Source: Octopus bimaculoides (taxonomy: Eukaryota). From it: 44,834 nt of DNA. Below, piece by piece: positions 24,090 through 35,548 of this stretch. Below the pieces are notes generated by a model. The model worked only from the letters and a program-made list of their open reading frames with translations, was not told the DNA's origin and did no database searches. Within the stretch, counting starts at the first letter, position 1. Every line of letters starts with the position of its first letter. Position numbers and translations under genes: made by a program. Location of the stretch: positions 50,662,398-50,707,231 of the forward strand of contig NC_068997.1 of NCBI RefSeq assembly GCF_001194135.2, given 5' to 3'.

Positions 24090-24384
24090 AGAAAAAAATG
24101 TTGTGCTTGAAATTGAAACCAAAATGTTTGAAGATTTTTATGAAAAGCAAGACCTCAATTCGGTGATGTTAAACGCATCAAATAACACATCTTCATTTGG
24201 ATCAACTGGAGAGATTTCTCGACCAATTGGCAGAAAACGAAGCAAAGTTCGTAACACAATTGATCGTACACTACGCTTAACGACAAACCAAAAATGTGAC
24301 ATTGCACAGAAGACTGTTGAAAAACTGAAAACTGAAATAAAGAAATCTACAGATGAAGCTGAAAAAGTGGTCGATACGTATAAA
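24090..24384 (+). CDS. CCDC113: CCDC113 exon 2 (EKNVVLEIETKMFEDFYEK...GRKRSKVRNTIDRTLRLTTNQKCDIAQK...VVDTYK)
   Basis: Acceptor TTTTAG, donor AAA|GTGAGT. Resembles remembered human CCDC113 segments (ALKTETEMFEKYY; RRRSKSR...LTADQKLELVQKE). Confidence 0.93.
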
Positions 24385-25004
24385 GTGAGTTTGTTATAAT
24401 TATTTGGGATTTTCTGTTTCTCTATAAAATTGTCTCAGTGATTTTTAAAAAAATTCTGCAGGTATGGCTGCGTGATAAAGAAGGTTGTTGAGATGTTATC
24501 TCAGAACAAATACTGCAGGAACTGGTCTATTGACAGTATGATACGTAGATGGCTATTTTAATTAATAACTGCCTCAGTTGCATATCTGAGCTATATATAT
24601 ACATGTANNNNNNNNNNTTATACAAAATAAACATTGCAGAATGAACTTAATATTTCTTTTATTACATAATTTATATTCAATTCAACAATTCACATTTTGA
24701 CCAATCTTGTGCCATGTTCATTAGCATGTCAGTAATCGTTGATTTAATCATATATATATATTTAACAAAGTAAAAGCAATACTTAACAATAAGATAAAAT
24801 CCCTGTGATGGCAAGAGATTGTGCAATTTGCAAACATTTCCCTCCACCACCATTACCCGAACTTCGAGCACCTCCTCTGTAATTTCCAACAGTATGGAAT
24901 ATTAAAAAGGCATTTTTTTTTTGCATGTGACACAGAAAAAAAGAAAAATATTCTGCTAAAAAAACAGATATTTGCATTTTACATTTAAACCATTTCTGTT
25001 TTAG

Positions 25005-25160
25005 GCAACAAGTGAACAATATGAATTAGAACTTAGTGATTTAAAGAAAGAAAGAATGGAGTTTGAACGTGATATTGTCAAAGGAGCGAGGAATCCAGAC
25101 AGTAAGAAAACAACAGCAGAACGAGTTATTCGATATTTTGAAGACCGATTCAGAGCAAAG
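25005..25160 (+). CDS. CCDC113: CCDC113 exon 3 (ATSEQYELELSDLKKERMEFERDIVKGARNPDSKKTTAERVIRYFEDRFRAK)
   Basis: TTTTAG acceptor, AAG|GTCAGT donor, 156 nt, phase 0-0, coiled-coil EFERDI motif. Confidence 0.93.
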
Positions 25161-25458
25161 GTCAGTTTTAATTCTTCGATATTCAAACTACTCTGTCAAA
25201 TTCAAAGCTTATTTATTCATATTGCTTTGAATTAATCCTGCATTATCTCATTGCTTTGGAATTTCGATAATGTGATTGTTTATTTTTTGAAGACATTGTA
25301 GGGTAAGGGTTAGGGTTGGAACAGGTCAATTTGTATATAAGACTAGTAGAGTAGTGAAACCGAATATGGATGGTTTAAGTTCTAAGTGGTTAGGTGTTCT
25401 GTTCTTACTTTTCAAGATAATTTTTTTTTAATTATCTGTCTAACCTTTGCCACATTCC

Positions 25459-26974
25459 AGGGAGAAAAACTAGAAGTAGTTGATAGCTTCTGCTATCTCG
25501 GTGACCAAATTAGTAGTCGGGGAGGATGCGCTGAAAGTGTAGCTGCTAGAATAAGAATAGCCTGGGCAAAATTCAGAGAGCTCTTACCTCTGCTGGTGAC
25601 AGAGTAAAGGCCAGACTGTATGACGCATGTGTACGAACTGCCATGCTACATGGCAGTGAAACATGGGCCGTGACTGCTGAGGACATGCGTAAGCTCGCAA
25701 GAAATGAAGCCAGTATGCTCTGATGGATGTGTAATGTCAGTGTGCATACTCGACAGAGTGTAAGTACCTTGAGAGAAAAGTTGAACCTAAGGAGCATCAG
25801 TTGTGGTGTGCAAGAGACGATTGCACTGGTATGGTCATGTGGCAAGAATGGATGAGGATAGCTATGTGTGAAAAAGTGCCACACCCTAGTGGTTGAGGGA
25901 ACCTGTAGAAGGGGTAGACCCAGGAAGACCTGAGATGAGTTGGTGAAGCACGACCTTCGCACTTTAGGCCTCACCGAGGCAATGACTAGCGACTGGGACC
26001 TTTGGAAATATGCAATACGTGAGAAGACCCGGCAAGCCAAGTGAGAGCATAATCTGTGGCCTCTGCCAGAAGTGTAGCCAGCTCACTTATTCATATCTTT
26101 ACTTCATTGGACACTAAACTCTGCTTGTGAAGACCTGTTGAGGCAAGTGAATTGGAATCGAAATCGAACCAAATTCGACGACTGGCACCCATGCCAACCT
26201 CTCCTTCATTGGACACTAACTCTGCTTGCGAAGACCTGTTGAGGCAAGTGAAATCGAAATCGTAATTGAACCATATTCAATGACTGGCACCTGTGCCAGT
26301 GGAGCACTAACAGCACCGTCCAAGCGTGATCATTGCCAGAGCAGCTGTCTGGCTTCCGTGCTAGTGGCATGTAAATAGCACCATTTNNNNNNNNNNTGCC
26401 AGAAGTGTAGCCAGCTCACTTATTCATATCTTTACTTCATTGGACACTAAACTCTGCTTGTGAAGACCTGTTGAGGCAAGTGAATTGGAATCGAAATCGA
26501 ACCAAATTCGACGACTGGCACCCATGCCAACCTCTCCTTCATTGGACACTAACTCTGCTTGCGAAGACCTGTTGAGGCAAGTGAAATCGAAATCGTAATT
26601 GAACCATATTCAATGACTGGCACCTGTGCCAGTGGAGCACTAACAGCACCGTCCAAGCGTGATCATTGCCAGAGCAGCTGTCTGGCTTCCGTGCTAGTGG
26701 CATGTAAATAGCACCATTTGAGTATGATCGTTACCAGCGTCGCCTTACTGGCACATGTGCCGGTGGCACATTAGAAAATCTTCCAGCGAAGTCGTTGCCA
26801 GTGCCGCTGAACTGGCTCCTGTGCAGGTGGCACATAAAAAACACCATTTTGAGCGTGACCGTTGCCAGTACCACACGACTGGCCCTCGTGCCGGTGGCAC
26901 GTAAAAGCACCCACTACACTCTCGGAGTCGTTGATGTTAGGAAGGGCATCCAGCTGTAGAAACATTGCCAAATC
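25459..26974 (+). mobile_element. 5'-truncated RTE-clade LINE: RT C-terminus (25459-26043, with stops and frameshifts) plus 3' UTR
   Basis: GEKLEVVDSFCYLGD...RIRIAWAKFRELLPLL...HGSETW...WYGHV...RGRPRKT, typical of RTE reverse transcriptase C-termini. Confidence 0.9.
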
Positions 26975-27459
26975 NNNNNNNNNNNNNNNNNCTGGGGCAT
27001 TGTAATTTATTTATATTGTATGTGTTGCAATTTAGGCACAGACATGGCAGTGTGGATGAAAAATTTGCTTTCCAGCCATATAGTTTTTGGTTCACTCCCA
27101 CGGCGTGGCACCATGAGCAAGTGTCTTCTGCTGAAGCCTTGGGCTGACCAGAGCCTTGTGAGTGGATTTGGTAGATGGAAACTGAAAGAAGGTCATCATA
27201 TACATGTGTGTGTGTGTGTGTGTGTGTGTGATATGTATATTTTCTTTTTTTCTTTTACTTGTTTCAGTCATTTGACTGCAGCCATGCTGGAGCATCGCCT
27301 TTAGTCAAACAAATTGACCCCAGGACTTATTCTTTGTAAGCATAGTACTTATCATTATATATATATATATATATGTCAGGTGTATGTGTTATACTTCATT
27401 AGACATATACTGAAATGAAAATCTAAAATTTGAAACTTATATCTCTTGTATATTGTCAG

Positions 27460-27540
27460 GATGCTCTCATTGAAAAATTCCGTCTGAAAATCTCAACTCA
27501 GAGAACGCAGATGAAAAAGCTCCTTCTTCAACTCAAGCAG
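27460..27540 (+). CDS. CCDC113: CCDC113 exon 4 (DALIEKFRLKISTQRTQMKKLLLQLKQ)
   Basis: GTCAG acceptor, CAG|GTACAT donor, 81 nt. Matches the EKLRLKN...KKMLLQLRQ segment of the family. Confidence 0.93.
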
Positions 27541-27734
27541 GTACATGTTAAAATTTACTTTTAAATCTTGGTTTCAAACTTTGGCCCGGTGTTCAGGTGG
27601 TACTGGTTTTATTGACCCCGAAAGGAAGAAAGGCAAGGTTGACCTCAGTGGAATTTGAACTTGCCCGTTCCTGTCAAACCATCCAACCCATGCCAGCATT
27701 GAAAATGGACATGAAATGATGATGATGGTGATGG

Positions 27735-27766
<32 letters not shown>

Positions 27767-28110
27767 CTCAATATGAAAATTTGCATATGAACAAACTGTT
27801 AGATCTACAGGGAGAAAATGAAATTCTGTATCATTCATACATGCATTTCTTGGGGAAGGGTTTAGTAAAAACCATGAACCCTTCTACTAAGGGTTAACAG
27901 ATACCATTGACCCTTCTACTTCACTGGTACTTTATTCTATTGACCCTAAAAGAATAAAAAGCAAAGTTGACCTTGGTGGGATTTGAACTTGACATGTAAG
28001 GATTTGGAAGAAATGCTGTTAACAATTCTGTCATCTCACAGCCAAAGGATTGGGAATTGAATAAAGAGATAAATCATTTATAAAATGGTTTCTCTTTTGT
28101 ATATTTTCAG

Positions 28111-28266
28111 AAAGAAGAAATGGGTGAAGTGTTGCATGCTGTTGATTTTAATCAGTTGAAGATTGAGAACCAACAATATATGGAAAAAATTGAAGAGCGA
28201 AACCATGACCTCCTCCATCTAAAACAAGAAGCTGGGAAAACTCAACAAGCTCTAAATTCAATCAAA
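28111..28266 (+). CDS. CCDC113: CCDC113 exon 5 (KEEMGEVLHAVDFNQLKIENQQYMEKIEERNHDLLHLKQEAGKTQQALNSIK)
   Basis: TTTTCAG acceptor, AAA|GTAAGA donor. Carries the family signature KEE.GE.LH.VDF.QLKIEN.Q..E.IE.RN. Confidence 0.97.
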
Positions 28267-28327
28267 GTAAGATGTAGCATCTAATTAAGTTCGCTGACCA
28301 CGACATTCAAATTTTTTTTCTCCTTAT

Positions 28328-28364
28328 TCTTTCTGTTGAAGAGCATAGCTCGAAACGTTAAAGA
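28328..28364 (+). ncRNA. Degenerate or variant hammerhead motif in CCDC113 intron 5
   Basis: TCTTT-CTGTTGA-A-GAGC/ATA/GCTC-GAAA-CG-TT-AAAGA. All three stems close, but the core has A6U. Confidence 0.4.
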
Positions 28365-28455
28365 CTTTCTCTATTCTCAAGCGTTAAACTAATACATCCA
28401 TTTGTTGTTTACACCACCTGTCCTCGTCTGTTGTTGTTTTCTTCGTAAATTCTCC

Positions 28456-28492
<37 letters not shown>

Positions 28493-28773
28493 AATGATTA
28501 CTAGAACTTAATTAGATGCCACATCATCCTGTCAAGTTGTTAGAAGATGATAGGGGTTCGCTCCCCTGCTTGCAATATATGTTGGGTGCAGATTGCATCG
28601 ATAACCAGTTAGAGAAAGCCTCCTCTCAGTGTTAAAATGGTAGTAATGTCGGTTTGTACTGAACAGCCATGTTGAAGTGGCAACAAACATTACTTGTTAG
28701 CAGAGTTAATACTTTCGTCTCTCATTTTTTTTATCTTGCTATTTTGCTTGTTGTTCTTGTGTATAATTTGCAG

Positions 28774-28881
28774 AAAAAGCTTCAAGAATTGGTGACAGAA
28801 TCAAAGAAACTGGAAACAGAAATCAAGATCCAAGAAGATCTTCAAGCTAGGATTGATGCCGAATTCGAGCAGGTCACAGAA
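28774..28881 (+). CDS. CCDC113: CCDC113 exon 6 (KKLQELVTESKKLETEIKIQEDLQARIDAEFEQVTE)
   Basis: TTTGCAG acceptor, GAA|GTATGT donor, 108 nt, phase 0-0, heptad pattern. Confidence 0.9.
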
Positions 28882-29048
28882 GTATGTTGGTGTTTTTTGA
28901 TGTTGTTGTAGTGAGAAAAGAAGGGGGCAGTAAACAGCCCTGACTTTCTGTATCTTGTCTCCATCTGCTAAGATTTATACGGGTTGATGTTCAATAGTTT
29001 TGCGCATCTGTTGTTCAACATCAGCAGAAATATAAAATAATAATTTAT

Positions 29049-29408
29049 TGCTTACCAACCACATGGTTCTGGGTTCAGTTCAACTGCGTGGCACCTTGGG
29101 CAAGTGTCTTCTACTATAGCCTTGGGCCGAGCAAAGCCTTGTGAGTGGATTTGGTAGATGGAAACTGAAAGAAGCCCGTCATATATATATGTATGTATAT
29201 GTTTGTGTATCTGTGTTTGTTCCCCCAACATCGCTTGACAACCGATGCTGGTGTGTTTACCTCCCCATCACTTAGTGGTTCGGCAAGAGAGACCGATAGA
29301 ATAAGTACTAGGCTTACAAAGAATAAGTCTTGGGGCCAATTTGCTTGATTAAAGGTGGTGCTCCAGCATGGCCGCAGTCAAATGACTGAAACAAGTAAAA
29401 GAGTAAAA
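29049..29408 (+). mobile_element. SINE family 1 copy, CCDC113 intron 6
   Basis: Colinear with 35079-35548. Confidence 0.9.
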
Positions 29409-29587
29409 GAATATGTGCATGTGTGGTGTGTGTTGGTGTGTTTACACCCTGTGACTCTTAAAAATTTCAGGCCTTGTGCTTATTGTAGAAAGGACTGCTA
29501 CTGTTTTTGCTGTTGTTGCTGTTGTTGTTGTTGTTGTTGTTATTCTTCTTCTTCTTGTGGTTATCATGCTGTCATTCTATATTCCAG

Positions 29588-29743
29588 CAAAAACTACAAG
29601 CAGGGAAGACAAACGAAAATCTAAAGGAACATTTATCGGACTATCAGGTTCCAGCTGTCATGGATTTCGTCACCGAGTCTGCTAAACTGAGAGAACTGCA
29701 GAAAATGAAGAAAACTTGGCAGAGAAAAGTTGAAATTATTAAA
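29588..29743 (+). CDS. CCDC113: CCDC113 exon 7 (QKLQAGKTNENLKEHLSDYQVPAVMDFVTESAKLRELQKMKKTWQRKVEIIK)
   Basis: TTCCAG acceptor, AAA|GTAAAC donor. Family motif L..Y.VP.VM.YV...W.RKVEI. Confidence 0.95.
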
Positions 29744-29977
29744 GTAAACAATATTTTTATACCAGTGATATAATGGGTGGAATAAACTACGTACATCATA
29801 GATAAAGCATATCTTTACTAACCTAGTACACCCACCGACATAGTTAAGCCCTGTACGGTGGTCGGCATTAGGAAGGGCTTCTAACTGTAGAAACCAAACC
29901 AAATCAGACTGGAACCTGGTGCAGCTTTCCATCTTGCCACCTCTGGTAAAACCATTCAACTGGTACATATTCTGATG

Positions 29978-30202
29978 GTCTCTTTTACTGAACTGCTAGA
30001 TTACAGAGATGTAAACACACCAATATCAGTTGTCAAGGAGTGGTGGGGGAACAAACACACACACAGATACTCATAATGGGCTTCTTTCAGTTTCCATCTA
30101 CCAAATCCACTCATAAGGTTTTGGTCAGCCCAAGGCTATAGTAGAAGAGACACTTGCCCAAGGTGCCACACAGTGGGACTGAACCTGGAACCATGTGATT
30201 GG
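29978..30202 (-). mobile_element. SINE family 1 copy, CCDC113 intron 7, inverted
   Basis: Diverged reverse complement of the 29049-29408 copy. Confidence 0.85.
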
Positions 30203-31349
30203 AGATGTAATTACATGGCAAGTGTTTTCCAGGTGTAATTGTGTGTTGAAACTGAACCCTTTGGCAATCAAATTATTCTGTCAAATATAAAACTTATTTA
30301 GTCACGTTGATTTGGGGCAGTCAAGCATTATCTCATCATCATCGTTTAACGTCCGCTTTCCATGCTAGCATGGGTTGGACGATTTGACTGAGGACTGGTG
30401 AAACCGGATGGCAACACCAGGCTCCAGTCTGATTTGGCAGAGTTTCTACAGCTGGATGCCCTTCCTAACGCCAACCACATCGTTTAATGTCTATCTTCCT
30501 TGCTAGCATGGGTGAGACGGATGACAGAAGCCAGCCAAGTAGAAAAACTACCCTAGGCTACTGTGTCTGTTTTGGCAGGATTTTATGGCTGGATGCCCTT
30601 CCAACCACTCCGCAGAATGGACTCAACTTGCTTGTGCTTGTGCCACCTAAAAAGCACTAAGTCCACTCTGCTGAGTGGTTGGTGTTAGGAAGGGCATCCA
30701 GCTGTAAAAATCCTGCCAAAACAGTCACAGAAGTCTGGTGCAGGCTTTGGACTGGCTGGACCTTGTGGTACTGTCCCACCCAAGCTAGCCTATGCAGATG
30801 GATGTTAAACAATGATGATGATGACAATGATGACGATGACCATTAAATTCACTCAAACATTTATTGTTTGCAACATATATCAAAATTTTTGTTGTTTATT
30901 GCAACCTGACCACTGAGGAAGTGTGTTGCATCTAGAAATTTCTAATTAGATTATATATTGCTTGGACTGGTTTCTTTGCTGTTATTTTTGTTGGCACAGG
31001 TCAAGCGTTCTGGTTGAGTGCACGCAGCACATGACTTTAGACATTTAGCTATCTTTCTACTGTATTCCTTCTTCGTTTGTTCATTCTCTCTTCTTTTGAC
31101 ATCTTTTTATGACCAATACTATGTGAGTCGGTAAATTGATGGTTTCAAGGACGGACTTTCTGGACAAGTTATAAAGGGGCAAAAAGGTGTGAGGCATCTA
31201 TGTGTAGTTATGCCAATATGTGATGGTTCACCCATCAGATATGACGAAAACCTAACAGGAGATTCTTGCCTCTCACAAAATAGAAACATTTCTTATGGCA
31301 TCAGTAGACAAAATAGAAAAGGTATTACCCTGGGGGATTGTGAGAGAGG

Positions 31350-31354
31350 TAGTA

Positions 31355-31400
<46 letters not shown>

Positions 31401-31502
31401 TGTTGTTGTGGTCATGGTAGCAGTAGTGGTACCTATTGTTGTTGGTGTAGTAGCTGTGTTGGTGGCAGAAGTGCCGATACTAGTGGTAATTGCAGTCGTA
31501 GG

Positions 31503-31545
<43 letters not shown>
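31350..31545. repeat. Compound (GTA)n/(GTG)n microsatellite
   Basis: Visible directly; explains the poly-Val and poly-Thr ORFs. Confidence 0.9.
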
Positions 31546-33359
31546 TATATACTACCAATACCAGTAAATATGAGGATATTAGCAATAATGAAAATAACTA
31601 GGACAATAATCCAAGTGGCAAGTTTGCAGACATTAAAAAGGTAAAAATAATTAGCAATAAATAGCATAATATTGCAACTAATTAAATATAATTAAAAACT
31701 TGGTTGAGTTAGAAGTAGGTAACTGAAATAGTTTTTTTCTCAGTAAATGAATTCATCCCCCCCCCCCCCATATACATGAATAACACCGATATGTAGATAA
31801 ATAGAAAAATATGTTGAAAAATGATTAAGTATATGGCGGTGCTCTAGCATGGCCACAGTCATTGGACTGAAACCTATAAAAGAATAAAAGAGAGGAGAAA
31901 AAAAAAGGAAAAAGAGAAGGTGTTAAGATGCGGTATGTTTTGTAAGAAACAGGGGTGTTATCCCGTTTAGACTTGTAATTGAGGCTGGGTTTGTATTCAC
32001 GTACACAGGTAGACTCAGTGACTTGTCTCAGTATGGCATCAGAGGCATGTGACCGTAGTCCTAATGCTGTGCAAGTCTGAACGGGAGATGGCTAGGTCTG
32101 GTCCAACTAAGCCAGCGTCCATTGCGGGATTTTTCTACAAGCTGAAGTAAAAGTAAGGGTCCACCTAGTTTGTTGTGGATGGAACAGACATGTGGTCATG
32201 TCATACTTCCAAAGTTATTCTTTAGTACAAGTTAGGCTCTTTTAATGCTGGGGTTGAGATCCTTGGTCTTATTGTGTTTACGTGTAAGTTTATGGGTGTA
32301 ATCAGAGAGAAGCAGGGACCTTGCTAACGTAAATTTTGCCTCTAAGGAAAAGCATCAGCATAAGGTGGCATGCAGACCCCTTTGTTGAAGGACACATTAG
32401 TGGGGTAGATTCCCCTCATGTCAAAAGACCTGTCTCATTTATCATCGTCGTTTAACATCCGCTTTCCATGCTAGTATGGGTTGGACGATTTAACTGAGGA
32501 CTGGTGTACCAGATGGCTATACCAGGCTCCAATCTGATCTGGCAGAGTTTCTATAGTTGGATGCCCTTCATAACACCAACCACTCCGAGAGTGTAGTGGG
32601 TGCATTTACGTGCCACCAGCATGAAGGCTAGTCAGGCGGTACTGGCAACGGCCACACTCAAAATGATGTATTTTACGTGCTACCTGCACAGGAGCCAGTC
32701 TGTGCAGAAAAAACATCATCAGGCATATTGTGAATATTAGGTTACTGGTGGTAATAGTGTACTGTCCACGTCAGTTTAGCAAAGCATTTTTTCTATATCC
32801 TAGCCTGCGTTTTAGCCAATCACTATCTTAGCATATTTGCATGGGTGTTAAAAATAATGGAAAATTCCATACAGTTTCATCCCAAATGATGGTTGTAAAT
32901 TGACACGAATGAGAAATACAAACCAGAGAAGAAAACAAGTATTGGTGGAAGACGGTAGAAATTCAAGAGGAAACAGATAAATGTAGAGGCTTCAAAGATC
33001 ACTTGAACCAAATACATAACTACACCCTTGACATTCAGCTTAACAGGTGGAAGTAAACTTTGTGACAGACTGAAAACTAAACATTGTGATTTGGAGAACA
33101 GCCACAATGCAAACTTTAGTCTATTGAATTGATAACAAGCATGAGTTTTATTTTGTAGTTGAGTCACAAGCCAGAATAAGAGCAGCCTTATCAGGGGGGG
33201 GGGGGTATGGGAAAAAGGAAGTGACCTATTTATTACGAGAGTGGTATTAGAGATGTGATTTGCATGTTATGCATCTAAAACAGTTTGATGTGATGGTCAT
33301 TTATTTTTAGAAGCTATAGTGAGACCAGTAATGCTGCTATTATTATCATTATTATTAAA

Positions 33360-33645
33360 GCGGTGAACTGGCAGAATAGTTAGCATGCCTGACAAAATGC
33401 TTAGTGGCATTTCTTTCGTTTTAATGCTCAGAGTTCAAATTCTACCAAGGTCAACTTTGTCTTTCATTCTTTCAGGGTCAATGTAATCGACTAGTTCCCT
33501 CCCTCCAAATTTTTCCCATCGCTACATTCTGAGTTCTAATTCCACCGATGTCGACTATCATAGTGCTGAGAAATTAAGTACCAGTTGAGTACTGGGCTAC
33601 TAGTCCCCCACCCCTAAAAATTTCAGGCCTTGTGCCTAATGTAGA
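33360..33645 (+). mobile_element. tRNA-derived SINE family 3
   Basis: GAACTGGCAGAATAGTTAGC head, GAGTTCAAATT B-box, GGCCTTGTGCC end. Copies at about 2965-3165(-), 10360-10560(-), 27915-28040(-), 36648-36845(+) and 44270-44455(-). Confidence 0.8.
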
Positions 33646-34113
33646 AAGTATTATTATCATTATCATTATAACTACCACTACTACAACTACAAATATATAA
33701 AGAAACTTGAATCCATCCATATGTTCTGTCTGCAACATAAAAAATCAAATGTCAAAATTTTTGGAAAATCTGATATTTCTAGTATCAAAAACATGCTGTT
33801 GCTGATTGCAGGACATTCTTGAATGTAAGATCATAAGTTCACTTCTCAATCGTGTCATAAGATGCCCCTGTGCCAGTGTCACATAAAAAGAACCCAGTAC
33901 ACTCTGTAAAGTGGTTGGTGTTAGGAAGGGCATCCGGCCATAGAAACCATGCCAAGATAGACAATTGAAGGCTTCGTGCAGCTTTCTGGCTTGCCAGCTC
34001 ATGACAAACTGTCCAACCCATGCCAGCATGGAAAACAGATGCTAAATGACGATGATGATGATATTTATTTCCAATTTCACTTATTTTTTTAATTTCTATA
34101 TTTTGTCTCACAG

Positions 34114-34182
34114 ATAAGTTACAATTCTCACCAAAAGAAATGGCTGGTACTGAAGAAATTCTCTGAAGAAATTCAAAGATGA
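34114..34182 (+). CDS. CCDC113: CCDC113 terminal exon 8 (ISYNSHQKKWLVLKKFSEEIQR-stop)
   Basis: Pyrimidine tract plus CTCACAG acceptor, TGA at 34180-34182. Aligns with remembered human MSLKGHRKAWNRMK. Total 378 aa. Confidence 0.85.
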   Translation: MSYNSHQKKWLVLKKFSEEIQR

Positions 34183-35078
34183 AGAGAACCAGGACAATTC
34201 TTTCATATAACCAAATGGACATAACAGACTTTCTAAGTGTGTTTGTGTATGAGTGCCAAATTGTGGCATTTTAATAGAGTGTGCATAATTATTATATCAT
34301 CAGCTTCAGAAACATATGTAACAAGCGTTTTACCTGTTCCATTCCCTCAATATTACGATGGACAGCTTACAAATTTTGCTTAAGAATTTATTGAAATTCT
34401 ATGAATGGTTGCGAACATGAGGTTGTCAGTTTGCTTACTCTGGCAGACTAATTAATTGCCAGTATTTGTAATTATTTCTTATTAATTATTATGTATTGAA
34501 GAGCTGTGTGTTGAAGAATCGGTGGAGGGAGGGATGAGATTTCTTATGATGCTGTATGTCACAATGGCACCCTCTGTGAGGGGTTGAGGATCCGAGAAAG
34601 GAAAGGAAGAAGGAGTGAGTTCATATCCCTAATTAGGATGTGGTCTTTTCATACGTTTCACTCTGAAAAAAAACGTTAAAGGCAATTTAGCTGTTGATTT
34701 TAGTACATCTACACCATTGGGATATTTTAAAAAACTTTTTCCTATTACTCAAACGAAAAATAAATAAATCTAAAACTTTTTTTTTCCCCAAACTTATTTC
34801 CATTACACTCAAGCAAAAAAAAAAAAAAAATTATGAATTTCTTTCTTTTCTAAAATCCTTTCCCCACCTCCTCAGAAAAAAATCTTCCCCACAAATTTCT
34901 TTATAATTGTAATCTATGCCGTTTGAAAGGTATTTATATCAAATTTCATTAAAATATATCCATTTTCCTAAAAGTTATGAGGGAAAAAATCGGATCTTGT
35001 GAATTTTCCGAAAGCCCTCTCTCCACCCCGCGGGTTCGTTGGCGCAAATATTTGTTTTCATATTCAATTAATAAACAT

Positions 35079-35548
35079 ATAGGCGCAGGAGTGGCTGTGT
35101 GGTAAGTAGTTTGCTTACCAACCACATGGTTCTGGGTTCAGTCCCACTGCGTGGCACCTTGGGCAAGTGTCNNNNNNNNNNNNNNNNNNNNNNNNNNNNN
35201 NNNNNNNNNNNNNNNNNNNNNNNNNNNNNNNNNNNNNNNNNNNNNNNNNNNNNNNNNNNNNNNNNNNNNNNNNNNNNNNNNNNNCGGGCTGACCAAAGCC
35301 TTGTGAGTGGATTTGGTAGATGGAAACTGAAAGAAGCCCATCGTATATATGTATATCTATATTTGTCCCCCCAACTTCGCTTGACAACCGAGGCTGGTGT
35401 GTTTACGTCCCCGTAACTTAGCGGTTCGGCAAAAGGAACCGATAGAATAAGTACTAGGCTTACAAAGAATAAGTCCTGGGGTCGATTTGCTCGACTAAAA
35501 GGCGGTGCCCCAGCATGGCCGCAGTCAAATGACTGAAACAAGTAAAAA
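35079..35548 (+). mobile_element. tRNA-derived SINE family 1, full length (partly in a gap)
   Basis: A-box-like GGCTGTGTGG, B-box-like GGTTCAGTCCC, central TA/TG microsatellite, GTAAAAGA tail. Other copies at about 5771-6102(+), 6132-6276(-), 16953-17112(+), 18425-18583(+), 19355-19552(+), 20229-20468(+), 27035-27190(+), 43920-44236(-) and 44459-44600(-). Confidence 0.9.

Noticed and set aside
26064-26719. Apparent 323-bp direct duplication (26064-26386 and 26397-26719)
   Set aside because: The copies are identical and separated only by a 10-N gap; most likely unmerged overlapping contig ends.
31189-31667. Poly-Val and poly-Thr (mucin-like) ORFs
   Set aside because: Products of the (GTA)n microsatellite, with no splice context.
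33806-33830. TTGCAG...GTAAGA micro-exon candidate for CCDC113
   Set aside because: It is 13 nt, would break the frame, and has no family similarity; exon 8 at 34114 fits directly.
34300-34330. GAAA-CATATG-TA resembling a hammerhead 3' half
   Set aside because: No CTGANGA core upstream.
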